Origin: an uncultured virus (IMG/VR IMGVR_UViG_3300027976_000010)
Lineage: Duplodnaviria; Heunggongvirae; Uroviricota; Caudoviricetes
Length of the DNA: 64,000 nt
IMG/VR virus record: IMGVR_UViG_3300027976_000010
Reading direction: 5' to 3' (one strand)
The notes below the pieces were generated by a model. It was given only the letters and a program-made list of their open reading frames with translations, was not told where the DNA came from and did not search any database. Shown here in pieces: positions 27,544 through 37,100 of the stretch (positions are counted from its first letter, which is position 1; each line of letters opens with the position of its first letter). A program made the translations under genes and the position numbers.

Positions 27544-27914
27544 TGATCGACATGACAATTCAGGATCAGGATGTTGCCGTAGCCCGTCGCCAGCGAATGA
27601 AGTATCGGCACCTTGATACGGATGGTCCACCAAAGCCCCCATCTGGCGGTGCATGCGTAAACACGCCGACGGATTTATTTTTTCCTGGCCCGAATGGAAA
27701 CATCGGGGACCGGCTCAAGATAAAGGAAGCTAAAAAGATTTGTGCACAGTGTCGCGTGCAGACGCAATGTTTGGTTTATGCCCTTGAATGGGAACCTTAC
27801 GGTATCTGGGGTGGTCATACCGAGAGCCAGCGTATTTATTTGCGTCGTAAGTTACAAGTAACATCCCGTCGTTCCGACGAGGCCGTCCGTCTCAATAATC
27901 TCATGGAGCTATAA
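27543..27914 (+). CDS. whiB: WhiB-family transcription factor
   Basis: GAC...FFP...AKKICAQCRVQTQC...GIWGG. Confidence 0.92.
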   Translation: MIDMTIQDQDVAVARRQRMKYRHLDTDGPPKPPSGGACVNTPTDLFFPGPNGNIGDRLKIKEAKKICAQCRVQTQCLVYALEWEPYGIWGGHTESQRIYLRRKLQVTSRRSDEAVRLNNLMEL

Positions 27915-30679
27915 TGTCCGGTGTCCCATCCGCAACAGTTAGTGACTTTCTATCGCGGTTACAAGGCGTCCGGCGGTCTGGCGATGAATGGCAGGCTCGT
28001 TGCCCGTGTCGCGACGATGACGAAAATCCATCGCTATCTATTGCGGAAGGCGAAGGCGGGAAGGTCATTGTCCATTGCCATCGGGGCAACCCGTGTAATG
28101 CAAATCAGATATGCGACGCTCTGAACACCACGGTTCGCGAAGCTTTGTTTCCTAAGCAAGACAAGAATGACTGGGCTAATGGGGACAAGGGCAAAGCCCC
28201 TCAAAAGATTTTAACCAACACATATAAATACCACGATGCTGATGGTGTAGTTGTGTATGAGAAGTTGCGGTATAAAACATCAGACGGGAAGAAGACCTTC
28301 TCTCAGCGACGACCAGACGAGAATAAGGCTGGGGCATGGATCTATTCATTGGAGGGGATTCAACGGGTACTTTATAATCTCCCGGCAGTTCTCGCGGCCG
28401 TTAAGGCTAAGGAACCGGTCTGGGTGGTTGAGGGTGAAAAAGATGCAGATGTATTAATAGCCCGTGGCATCACGGCCACAACTGGCCCCGGCGGTGCTGG
28501 TCGTTCTAAATGGGACTCGCAATTTACTGCGGCATTGGCTGGCGCTCATGTTGAAATCATTGCAGACAAAGATGAAGTTGGAATAATGTTTGCAGTTGGC
28601 ATCCATGAAGAGTTAGTTGAAGCGGGCTGTGTAGCAAATATCTGGCTTGCCGCTTCTGGCAAAGATACCTATGACCACTTTGCGGCCGGTCATGCTGTTG
28701 AAGATTTTGTTTTGTATGACCCGGCCGTTCTCGCCCTCCCGATTGAACCCGTGGAGATAAAAGAACAGAGCTCCAAGATTGAAACTGTGTTCCTTAAGAT
28801 AGAAGAGATTTTTGCAAGCGATAAGCTTTCCGATGAGCAAAAGTTAAACCGTGCATCTATCGCGATAAGTGCATCAGTTGTTACCAAGGTCGCAGATACC
28901 GGGCGTCTTGTCAATTGGGAACAGTTTATATCCGAAACAGATGACGATAACTACGATTGGGTAATCCCCGGTTTGCTTGAGCGCAAAGAACGTGTGATTG
29001 TTGTGGCTTCGGAGGGGGTCGGCAAGCGTGCTATAATAAGTAGCGTGATACCCACTCCTTCTGGCTGGACGACACTTGGGGATGTGCGTGTTGGGGACCA
29101 AGTAATTGATAGGTTTGGTAATCCTTGTTCCGTTACCTACATCAGCCCTATAGAGAATAACCCCGATGCGTACCGGGTGACATTCTCTGATGGTAATCAT
29201 GTTGATGCCGATGCCGAACACCAGTGGTACACCGAGACACTGGATGAGAGGGAAAAGCGACGACTTGGTAAAGTCCGAACGACTCAGGAGATCAAGGCAA
29301 CATTGGGTTCGGGTCGTTCCAATAGGGCAGTCACACACGCTATCCCTACAACTAAACCGCTCTGTCTCCCCAGGGCGCAACTATCAATTCCGCCGTATAC
29401 CCTGGGGGCGTGGCTCGGAGATGGGACAACATTAAACGGTTCTATTTGTAGCGAAGATAATGGGGTACTTGAAAACATTCGCCAAGATGGATATGCCGTT
29501 CGCAAGCGCGAATCTACGACGAATATGTACGGCATTCTGGGCTTGCAGGTCCAATTGCGTGAACTCGGCTGCCTAGGACACAAGCACATACCCCTTGTTT
29601 ACACCCGTGGCTCTTACGAGCAGCGACTTGCATTGGTTCAAGGTCTTATGGACACCGATGGTTATGTCGGCAAAAATGGGACATGTGAGTTTTCTGTTAA
29701 CAATGAAGTACTTGCCCGTGGTTTTCTTGATCTGATTCAAACATTAGGCATCAAGGTTACAATGAGAACAGGTTTGTCTAAACTTTATGGCAGAATCACG
29801 GGGACTAGATACCGGATGTCATTCAAAACCGATCTTCCGGTATTTAGGTTAAAGCGGAAATTGGATCGGTTACCAACTGGTCTCCCTACGTCTCGTTCTC
29901 TGTATCGTTACATTATTTCAGTAGAGCCGATACCGCCAGCCCCAATGCGCTGTATCTCTGTTGATAGCCCTGATAACACCTATCTAATCGGAGACGCTTA
30001 TATCCCAACTCATAACACGATGCTTGCTCGCCAGGTGGCCATACTGTCGGCCGCCGGGATTAATCCATTCACTTATCAGGCGATGAAGCCCGTAGTGACT
30101 TTAACGATCGACCTTGAAAACCCAGAACGAATCATCCGTCGTACATCTCGCAACATTATGAATGCCGCGATAGCAAGGACACAGCTTCTATCCGGAAAAC
30201 GGATTAGTGCAGTCGGTGCTCATCTACTGATAAAACCGGCCGGGATTGACCTAATAGGAACCGCTGATCGCGCCCATATAGAACAGATAGTAGATCAAAT
30301 ACGTCCGGACATACTCCTACTCGGTCCCCTATATAAAGCCTTCGTTGATAGCGGAACCCGTACAAGCGAAGCTGTTGCTGTTGATGTGGCCAAGTATCTT
30401 GACTACATTCGCGACACTTATAATTGTGCATTGTGGCTCGAGCATCACGCCCCACTGGGTAACGCCAGCACGCGAGAGCTTCGTCCCTTTGGTTCCGCTG
30501 TGTGGTCTCGCTGGCCGGAGTTTGGCATATCTCTCAAGCCTGATCCCAGTGCATTAGGAGAATATGTCTATGATGTTGGCCATTTTCGTGGTGCACGTGA
30601 TGAGCGTGCCTGGCCGACTAAAATGCGTCGTGGGAAACTGTTTCCTTTTGAAGTGGTAGAATTTAGGAAGGTTGGGTAG
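27914..30679 (+). CDS. Primase-helicase (Zn finger, TOPRIM, RecA-like helicase) interrupted by an intein
   Basis: ARCP..DD.NPSL, VEGEKD, IADKD, Walker A ASEGVGK|T, PFGSAVWSRWP. Confidence 0.92.
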   Translation: MSGVPSATVSDFLSRLQGVRRSGDEWQARCPCRDDDENPSLSIAEGEGGKVIVHCHRGNPCNANQICDALNTTVREALFPKQDKNDWANGDKGKAPQKILTNTYKYHDADGVVVYEKLRYKTSDGKKTFSQRRPDENKAGAWIYSLEGIQRVLYNLPAVLAAVKAKEPVWVVEGEKDADVLIARGITATTGPGGAGRSKWDSQFTAALAGAHVEIIADKDEVGIMFAVGIHEELVEAGCVANIWLAASGKDTYDHFAAGHAVEDFVLYDPAVLALPIEPVEIKEQSSKIETVFLKIEEIFASDKLSDEQKLNRASIAISASVVTKVADTGRLVNWEQFISETDDDNYDWVIPGLLERKERVIVVASEGVGKRAIISSVIPTPSGWTTLGDVRVGDQVIDRFGNPCSVTYISPIENNPDAYRVTFSDGNHVDADAEHQWYTETLDEREKRRLGKVRTTQEIKATLGSGRSNRAVTHAIPTTKPLCLPRAQLSIPPYTLGAWLGDGTTLNGSICSEDNGVLENIRQDGYAVRKRESTTNMYGILGLQVQLRELGCLGHKHIPLVYTRGSYEQRLALVQGLMDTDGYVGKNGTCEFSVNNEVLARGFLDLIQTLGIKVTMRTGLSKLYGRITGTRYRMSFKTDLPVFRLKRKLDRLPTGLPTSRSLYRYIISVEPIPPAPMRCISVDSPDNTYLIGDAYIPTHNTMLARQVAILSAAGINPFTYQAMKPVVTLTIDLENPERIIRRTSRNIMNAAIARTQLLSGKRISAVGAHLLIKPAGIDLIGTADRAHIEQIVDQIRPDILLLGPLYKAFVDSGTRTSEAVAVDVAKYLDYIRDTYNCALWLEHHAPLGNASTRELRPFGSAVWSRWPEFGISLKPDPSALGEYVYDVGHFRGARDERAWPTKMRRGKLFPFEVVEFRKVG
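29027..30016 (+). mobile_element. Class 3 intein with LAGLIDADG endonuclease (330 aa)
   Basis: PTPSGWTT.GD (block A), ADAEHQW (B), LGAWLGDG and GLMDTDG (endonuclease), MRCISVD (F), IPTHN|T (G). Confidence 0.9.
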
Positions 30680-31313
30680 TTTGAGTAAGAACGACGGAGC
30701 ATTATCTAAAGAGTTCCTAACAGAGCGTGATACGAGAATATTCAAACTGAGACAAGCGGGCGTCACGCAGTCAGAGATCGCTAAACGATTCAATATGTCA
30801 ACCCGTGCCGTTACTAATGCGGTTAGACGGCAGTTAGAGCGTTTCAGTTCGGAAGCCTTAATGGCCTATCCGGAACTACTCCGGATGGAACTAGAAAGAC
30901 TGGATTCTCTTCAGGCGGCCATTTGGCCAATGACCCAACACAGAAGGGTTACAATGGATGACGGTAACGAAGTACAAGTGGAGCCGGATTTCAAAGCGAT
31001 TCAACAGGTATTGGCAATAATGGATAGACGGACAAAGCTTCTAGGCATGGAGCAGACTAATGTCAATGTTCAAATGGATGTGAATTCTCGGGTGGACGTG
31101 CGATCCACTCTGTCTGGGGCAATTACTGTGTCTAATGTCCATTCATTCTCTCCCGAAGCAGAAGCCAGGAAATTGCTGGAAATCATGGGTCGTACTGGCG
31201 TGCTACCGGCGAATATCGTGAATGAAATCATGGGGGTCCCATTGGCTATAAATGGCTCTCCAGATGATGAATTAATACCCGTGTCTGAAAACGCCGACGA
31301 CCTAGTAGATTGA
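30672..31313 (+). CDS. HTH DNA-binding protein, possibly terminase small subunit-like
   Basis: LRQAGVTQSEIAKRF HTH; ELERLD.LQ...W...AI..VL.IMDRR.KLLG. Confidence 0.6.
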   Translation: MGSLSKNDGALSKEFLTERDTRIFKLRQAGVTQSEIAKRFNMSTRAVTNAVRRQLERFSSEALMAYPELLRMELERLDSLQAAIWPMTQHRRVTMDDGNEVQVEPDFKAIQQVLAIMDRRTKLLGMEQTNVNVQMDVNSRVDVRSTLSGAITVSNVHSFSPEAEARKLLEIMGRTGVLPANIVNEIMGVPLAINGSPDDELIPVSENADDLVD

Positions 31314-31334
31314 TAGTATGCCGGATGAGCCCCA

Positions 31335-31658
31335 ATGAGTCCCCCTGAAGATGAACTACCTAATAACCTACGTGCCGCTGTTGACAAAGTAATGGAGCAA
31401 GAGACATTGGTACGAAAACCAAGCACTGGTTCTGTCCCTGGGATGCCGGCCACGAAACAGGTATTGATTAGGGCTACCGATAAAGATAAAGATCTTTGGC
31501 AGAGGGCCGCAGAGCATAAAGGGGTATCGCTATCGGAGTTTGTGCGAACTGCCTGCAATGAAGCTTCATCGTTTCTTGAGTGCCAGCATCCACGAGAGTA
31601 TCGGCGCACATATTCCTGGTCTGATACATGCACGCTATGCGGAAAGCGCTTAAAGTAA
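31335..31658 (+). CDS. RHH DNA-binding protein with a C-terminal Zn site
   Basis: VLIRAT......WQRAAE..GVSLSEFVR; CQH...CTLC. Confidence 0.7.
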   Translation: MSPPEDELPNNLRAAVDKVMEQETLVRKPSTGSVPGMPATKQVLIRATDKDKDLWQRAAEHKGVSLSEFVRTACNEASSFLECQHPREYRRTYSWSDTCTLCGKRLK

Positions 31659-31661
31659 CCC

Positions 31662-31889
31662 GTGACGGATTATCTTTCCTATTCGGATTTCATTGCCGAT
31701 GTCAGCATTAAGTATGAGAAGCAAAATAGGCTCACCCCGGGGAAGTGGCGATATGGCCAAATGTTTTTCAATATGGCAAGCAATGTACGACCGGATGTGG
31801 CAGAAGCCCTGCGCGGAACACTGCATGACCCATTTCACAAGAATGTAATATCCCCAGAGACTCATGTGTTCATTGAGGGATTGTGGTAA
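31662..31889 (+). CDS. Hypothetical protein (RYGQ.FFN...DPF)
   Basis: Pattern common in phage proteins; operon position. Confidence 0.65.
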   Translation: MTDYLSYSDFIADVSIKYEKQNRLTPGKWRYGQMFFNMASNVRPDVAEALRGTLHDPFHKNVISPETHVFIEGLW

Positions 31890-31947
31890 TCCGAGATAAC
31901 TGACTACCGGGTTGTTCTATTCCCTAGAGGCGGATAGGGTTTATGTA

Positions 31948-32319
31948 ATGACTATACATAACGAGACTGCCAGTCGACCCCAGGCGATAGGGACTTCCTT
32001 AAAATATGGCGGGAAACCGTACACAGTGCTGTGCTACGCAAAGATGAAGAAGACATGGTTCACCCGTGTTGATTACAACGCGATGCAGTTGCATCGGGCG
32101 CGAATGTGCAAGGATTCTCAACGCAGTCTAGATACTCTGCATCGGAATGGCTTCTTGGATAAGATGAACGACAATAGTCGTGTCTTCTACCAGATCACGT
32201 CATGGGGGGATCATGCTCTTTACGCTCTTGGTAAAAACAAACAAAAGCAACTGTCGCGAATAAATACCGTGCACGGCGCACGCGGTAACGCCATGCGAGC
32301 CATCATGAACGATTACTAA
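31948..32319 (+). CDS. Putative winged-helix protein
   Basis: L..L...GFL.......YQIT..G. Confidence 0.5.
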   Translation: MTIHNETASRPQAIGTSLKYGGKPYTVLCYAKMKKTWFTRVDYNAMQLHRARMCKDSQRSLDTLHRNGFLDKMNDNSRVFYQITSWGDHALYALGKNKQKQLSRINTVHGARGNAMRAIMNDY

Positions 32320-32645
32320 TGGACACGCCACAATGGATTAGCAATAATCCCAACATCACATCTATCTATTACTTCGGAATAACAAAACGGCAACAGAGGA
32401 ACAACCTGTTCACTCACGCCGATCTACTCAATCACAATGCACTTAGGTTCGGCGACGAAGAGAAGACCATTCAGTGCCTAAATCAGATGATCAAGCGCAA
32501 CGTTGTAGAACAGGTTCATGGGGCGATTGATCGCTGGCGCATTACGCCATTCGGAGTGAAGATGGGCCCCAGCGTGGGGAAGTACAGCATGCCTTGGATG
32601 GTTACCCAAATAAACGGTTCCACCAGGTTTTCTTCTTTGGTTTAA
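32319..32645 (+). CDS. Putative winged-helix protein
   Basis: L..M.....V........WRITPFG; TAATG coupling. Confidence 0.5.
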   Translation: MDTPQWISNNPNITSIYYFGITKRQQRNNLFTHADLLNHNALRFGDEEKTIQCLNQMIKRNVVEQVHGAIDRWRITPFGVKMGPSVGKYSMPWMVTQINGSTRFSSLV

Positions 32646-32763
32646 CGACTGGTGCGACCGTGATATTTACGATCGGCGGCGCAACCGGTTTTGCTACGGC
32701 AACCTTTGCTGTCGTCTTCTTGGGTGTTGCTTTCTTCTGTGGGGCTTTCTTGTTTGTTGTCAT
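32602..32763 (-). CDS. Small K/A/P-rich basic peptide (53 aa)
   Basis: Manual translation: MTTNKKKAPQKKATPKKTTAKVAVAKP...KKKTWWNRLFG. Confidence 0.5.
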   Translation of the reverse strand: MTTNKKAPQKKATPKKTTAKVAVAKPVAPPIVNITVAPVVKPKKKTWWNRLFG

Positions 32764-32827
32764 GGGGTAGATACTAGTCGTATAGGTGGTGCCACTAGGG
32801 AACGCACCCGTGGCCTAAACTACGAAA

Positions 32828-33469
32828 ATGAACGGACGCTATGAGGACCGGATGTCCAAGCTCACTATCGTTCTCGTCACCGCAGTAGAGGCCAAGTCCG
32901 ATTTGGTGCTTCAATACGGGATAGGGGAAGACCTGTCCCAGGTGCTGTATGGATGGAAGGGCCCGGATCTCGTCGTTATATGCCGGATGACTGACCGGCT
33001 CCGGAAGAAGAGCAACATGGTCCGACTACGGAAGTGCGGAGATGCTGTGGCGGTGATGAGACAGGGCTGGGGTGTTGATGCGCTAAGCATGGTTGCCGAG
33101 GGGTATGTGAGTGACTCTCCATCGGATACAGATGGAGTGGACTTTGTTAGGGAGTTTGCAAACGGGAACAAGACGATAAAGGAGTGCATAACAGTCACCC
33201 ATGTGGCTGGGGACGAAATCTCATTTGTTAGCAAGTCGTATGTCGTTTCTGTGCCACGACAGGTGGTGTGGGACGAGGAGGTGTTCACTCCAGGCACAAC
33301 ATTGGTGAGGGGGCCGCCACGTATGTATCCATTGCTATTCAGCAAGGCATTAGAACTGGATATCGTAGGCTTTGACGAAGAGAAGATGGGCAGCGAACAG
33401 AAGGCATTTTATGCAGTACTTGTTGACGGGCTGAAAGACATTGGGTTTGATGCACACTCAATGGTTTAG
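32828..33469 (+). CDS. Hypothetical protein
   Basis: 213-aa ORF. Confidence 0.7.
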   Translation: MNGRYEDRMSKLTIVLVTAVEAKSDLVLQYGIGEDLSQVLYGWKGPDLVVICRMTDRLRKKSNMVRLRKCGDAVAVMRQGWGVDALSMVAEGYVSDSPSDTDGVDFVREFANGNKTIKECITVTHVAGDEISFVSKSYVVSVPRQVVWDEEVFTPGTTLVRGPPRMYPLLFSKALELDIVGFDEEKMGSEQKAFYAVLVDGLKDIGFDAHSMV

Positions 33470-33623
33470 TGCCGTCGCAGGGCGAAAGGAAAGGAAATTC
33501 CCTGCGACGACATACTCACAGTAACACCGAATTATCGCACCCGTGCGAACTCTTTGGCTCTGTCCTCCGACTGATGTAGCGGTGCGACACTCCACCTCTT
33601 GCTGTTGTGGCGACCTCATGCAA

Positions 33624-33923
33624 TTAGCAACCTCTCTGCGTCTCTTTAGTCTCATTAGGTATCACGCCACACTTCTCTGTTGTTGGTAGGTAGATGACCT
33701 GCCCTACATAGATGCCAGAACCATAGGTATCTACAACGCTGTCAGTTACCTTCTGTGTATCACCCGTGCAGTTTCTACGGACTATGTGATATATCGTGTC
33801 GCCAGACTTGACTACTTGCCTATTCGGAGAGCAGGTAAAGCCACTCTCTTGCTGTTGGGACAGAACCATAGCAAAGATGCCGACTATCCCTATCACCACT
33901 AACCCTCTAAGTGTCCTGTTCAT
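33624..33923 (-). CDS. Membrane-anchored LysM-domain protein
   Basis: N-terminal hydrophobic helix; VKSGDTIYHI...IYVGQVIYLP; GAGAGG RBS. Confidence 0.8.
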   Translation of the reverse strand: MNRTLRGLVVIGIVGIFAMVLSQQQESGFTCSPNRQVVKSGDTIYHIVRRNCTGDTQKVTDSVVDTYGSGIYVGQVIYLPTTEKCGVIPNETKETQRGC

Positions 33924-33979
33924 TGTGTCCTCTCGGTTGATGTTGGTTGATGTTGGTTGATGTTCATCTTGGCAATAAG

Positions 33980-34008
33980 AGCGTAGCCTACTGATAATGA
34001 GATGTCAA
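33980..34008 (-). promoter_or_regulatory. Strong promoter TTGACA-N17-TACGCT
   Basis: Consensus -35 with a 17-bp spacer. Confidence 0.6.
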
Positions 34009-34092
34009 GCATTGTTCTAAAAAGCCAACCCGTGTCATTTTATTCCCGTTATGGCTAATCCCCAGATCTTGACCTCTTGACCTCTTGACCTT

Positions 34093-34272
34093 TCACGCCT
34101 CGCCTAGAGCCTCGCTGTGCCTCACGCCTCACCTAGACGCTCACGCCTCGCCTAGACGCTCACGCCTCGCCTAGAGCCTCGCTGTGCCTCACGCCTCACC
34201 TAGACGCTCACGCTCACGCTAGACGCACCTAGACGCTCACGCTCACGCTCACGCTAGACGCTCACGCCTAGC
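34093..34272 (+). repeat. Cluster of CCTAGA/CGCTCA short repeats, including a 54-bp direct repeat (34093 and 34160)
   Basis: Directly visible. Confidence 0.9.
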
Positions 34273-34284
34273 CCTATAAATAAG

Positions 34285-34316
34285 AGAGCCCCAACCGCCT
34301 AGACGGTTGGGGCTCT
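34285..34316. terminator. Hairpin terminator after 34330-34515
   Basis: AGAGCCCCAACCG/CGGTTGGGGCTCT. Confidence 0.65.
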
Positions 34317-34329
34317 ATCGGGGGAACTA

Positions 34330-34515
34330 TTAGGCTAGGATAAGTGATTGCCAACCTGCGAACACTTGTTCGGCTTGCTCATTGCTTAGGCAATGGATAG
34401 GGAACAAGTGACTATCTGAACTATCGCCAGTTGGGGAACTGACCCAGAGTGTAACGATATTGCCAGTCTGGACTACCGCTACTGGTAATCCTTTCATTTC
34501 TAGTCTTAGTGACAT
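34330..34515 (-). CDS. Small early-type hypothetical protein
   Basis: AAAGG RBS, upstream TTGACA promoter, downstream hairpin. Confidence 0.65.
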   Translation of the reverse strand: MSLRLEMKGLPVAVVQTGNIVTLWVSSPTGDSSDSHLFPIHCLSNEQAEQVFAGWQSLILA

Positions 34516-34558
34516 TGTGAGCCTTTCGTTTGGGTAAGCCTTGTGGCTTACGAATACC

Positions 34559-34587
34559 AAACTAATAGATAGATATTCACTTGTCAA
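34559..34587 (-). promoter_or_regulatory. Strong promoter TTGACA-N17-TAGTTT
   Basis: Consensus -35 with a 17-bp spacer. Confidence 0.6.
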
Positions 34588-34636
34588 GTGATATTTGGAT
34601 ATACTTATGATATATTACCAAATAGCGATATTGACA

Positions 34637-34762
34637 CTCTCTAAGGCTCTAGGTCGCTCTCACTCTCTCTAGGTCGCTCTCAGGCTCTCAGGCTCTCTCT
34701 AGGCTCTCTCAGGCTCGCTCTAGGTCGCTCTAGGGCTCTAGGTCGCTCTAGGTCGCTCTAGG
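34637..34762 (+). repeat. Cluster of TCTAGG(TCGC) short repeats
   Basis: About 8 copies; the core is the reverse complement of CCTAGA. Confidence 0.9.
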
Positions 34763-34860
34763 CAAGTATCCGTTCCAACTTTTTACGATATGCGAATATG
34801 GGGGGGGAAGCCCGGCGCCAGTATTTGTGATTTCCGGGTGGCAAATAGATTTAGCTGAGA

Positions 34861-35301
34861 TTACAGGAACTTTAATGTGATCGCTTTCATTGCCGGGCTG
34901 GATAGTTCTACGCGTGTTTTCTCAATCAGCATGTTCGCCGGTATGGATGATTTCCTCATTATGATGACGGCGCTAAGCAGGCCCCCCATTTCTGCTTCTG
35001 CTGGGCCGTGTTCGGCGATCCACTCGTCATCAATGCGGTAGCAAACGGTGTCGGGAAAGACGACAAGACCGGTTATAGTTCGTTTATTGTCACTGTAATC
35101 CACGGTCATTCGCTGGCCCCCGAGTACGGCTATCCACAGGGATGCATATTCAGGGTTCTCAGATGTGGTGATTGTGTATCGCATCTCAAATTTTGATAAG
35201 TGGAGTTCGGCGATATGTGATGGGGTAGTTAGACCAAAATTATCCACATCGTTTTCTTGGTCTGGGTATACCGCTATCCAGTGTTCAGTCTGTTTACGCA
35301 T
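34861..35301 (-). CDS. Hypothetical protein
   Basis: ORF. Confidence 0.55.
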   Translation of the reverse strand: MRKQTEHWIAVYPDQENDVDNFGLTTPSHIAELHLSKFEMRYTITTSENPEYASLWIAVLGGQRMTVDYSDNKRTITGLVVFPDTVCYRIDDEWIAEHGPAEAEMGGLLSAVIIMRKSSIPANMLIEKTRVELSSPAMKAITLKFL

Positions 35302-35474
35302 AGATACAAATATACACACGTGATTCCCTAAATCAAATAGATCTAGATGAACTCCTCAGAAAAAAAAAATCGTTAGGGCGTTCCGTTCTTATGGATATAT
35401 CCCATAATATTGAGCTCACTACCGCAGATTGTTATAAAGGGGGCCGCCGTTTTCAGGTGTTTGGCCCCTATTAG

Positions 35475-35549
35475 TCGGGCTGGCGGGATTTGAACCCGCG
35501 ACCTCTTGTCCCCCAGACAAGCGCGCTAACCAAGCTGCGCTACGGCCCG
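35475..35549 (-). tRNA. tRNA-Pro(GGG)
   Basis: Minus strand CGGGCCGTAGCGCAG...CTTGT-CTGGGGG-ACAAG...GGTTCAAATCC. Confidence 0.92.
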
Positions 35550-35554
35550 AAATA

Positions 35555-36352
35555 TCAGAATTGCAGGGTTATCAAGTTACCTTGAATATGTTCTGGTGCG
35601 ACGTATGAATCCCGAACCATCACCCGGCGGAGCCACCGGTCGGTTCCGTCGTACCGGGGAGTAAAGGGAACCCGGCCGTGGATCATGGTCCGGTTATTGA
35701 TGACGAGAGCGTCGCCATCCTCTAGAACAGTATATTTTAGCGACGCATCAACGGCTGCTTTAAATTTATCCAGCGCCACTTGTGCCCGCTCAGTGGTTGC
35801 AATGGTCAGCGCACTGTCGTAACACATCACAATCCCATCCTTTGTCTGCGTTAATGGCCTGATTGGGAATGCGCGATCGGACTCACCATTTGTCATAAAA
35901 CTTGGGTCTATAGATGTAACGAATTCATCGGCCATCAAAACGCTAATGGACTCTTTATCGATATGGCTCAAAATGTCGTCTATAAACGCATGGCTGGTAC
36001 TGGCCAGTGGATCTCCGCGAAGACAAAAAAGAATCACCCAGGCCGGCAGATATGGATGGAAAGCCGTTTCGGTGTGTAACGCTAAATTCACCAATGACGA
36101 TGTCGATATCTGCTCGGTCTCGTTCTGCTTAATCGGGAATATATCCTGGACCAGTTTCCCGTTCTGCTCCTGGATGTATCCAATCGGATACCCTAATCGC
36201 GAGCCAATAAGCATGGCGGCCTGCCAGGTCTCGTCGCTTGCATGCAGATGCGCAGTGTCCATACTGGACGGCGTTTGGGCTGTCGCCGGCGGAACCGCGT
36301 TTTTTATCACACGGATTGATGCGATGTCCGAACTAGTAAAATCGGGGATCAT
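35555..36352 (-). CDS. Fe(II)/2-oxoglutarate dioxygenase, clavaminate synthase/AsnO/VioC-like
   Basis: LALHTE.AFHP, LFCLRGD, INN...HGR..F.PRYDGTDRWL.R. Confidence 0.88.
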   Translation of the reverse strand: MIPDFTSSDIASIRVIKNAVPPATAQTPSSMDTAHLHASDETWQAAMLIGSRLGYPIGYIQEQNGKLVQDIFPIKQNETEQISTSSLVNLALHTETAFHPYLPAWVILFCLRGDPLASTSHAFIDDILSHIDKESISVLMADEFVTSIDPSFMTNGESDRAFPIRPLTQTKDGIVMCYDSALTIATTERAQVALDKFKAAVDASLKYTVLEDGDALVINNRTMIHGRVPFTPRYDGTDRWLRRVMVRDSYVAPEHIQGNLITLQF

Positions 36353-36594
36353 TACAGTGCCTTAATGGCAGTAACAGTCATAATGCTTCCGCGTTGGAGT
36401 AGCATCGTTATCAATTGTTCGGATGTATAGTGGGCCGACATTCCGTCACCTAGGTGCCTATGCATAGATATGACAAAGGTGTCACTCATTTTCGTCATAC
36501 GGCTAGCGTTTTCGTATTCGTGGATGTTTCGGGCGTCTTTTTCTATATCCCAGGCGGAATCCGACTCAATATCCGCAATCTCATTTGGAGTCAT
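36352..36594 (-). CDS. Hypothetical protein
   Basis: Coupled ORF. Confidence 0.55.
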   Translation of the reverse strand: MTPNEIADIESDSAWDIEKDARNIHEYENASRMTKMSDTFVISMHRHLGDGMSAHYTSEQLITMLLQRGSIMTVTAIKAL

Positions 36595-37100
36595 GCCGTA
36601 CGTCGCCCCTCCAGTTTGAGGTCAAGCAAAATCCCGACTAGCTCGTCAAACGAAATCAACAAAGACGCACTAGCGGAGTAGAAACTTTCCGTTATGTGTT
36701 GGTTTTCGTCGCGGGTGGTCTTAATGCTCCACTTGGGGTACGTTTCCGTTAGAATGCATACCGGATCGCCGGTTACCTTAGAAACGATAATGTAGGCAAA
36801 CGGTTTTTCAATTTTCGCATCGTATCCAGATACCGTATCTACAAAAAGCGACCGCCACGGGAACTCTTTAATATCGGTGGTATGGTCGCCCTTTGTCGAT
36901 TTAACCTCAAGGCAAAAATCAAAGTCATCAAGAAGAATGTCCTTTTCGTTTAGGGTCATGTTCCGGCGTTCTGCGTTATTTCGGGCAATTTGAACTGCGG
37001 GCGCATGACAGCTAACGCCGGCTTGGTTTAATAATAATGCAACATGCTTGGCCCATTCGCCTCCCTCAAGGAAGGCCTTAGTGTAATCAAAATCTGACAT
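36591..37100 (-). CDS. PD-(D/E)XK-like nuclease
   Basis: E...D-I...LEVKS. Confidence 0.55.
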   Translation of the reverse strand: MSDFDYTKAFLEGGEWAKHVALLLNQAGVSCHAPAVQIARNNAERRNMTLNEKDILLDDFDFCLEVKSTKGDHTTDIKEFPWRSLFVDTVSGYDAKIEKPFAYIIVSKVTGDPVCILTETYPKWSIKTTRDENQHITESFYSASASLLISFDELVGILLDLKLEGRRTA

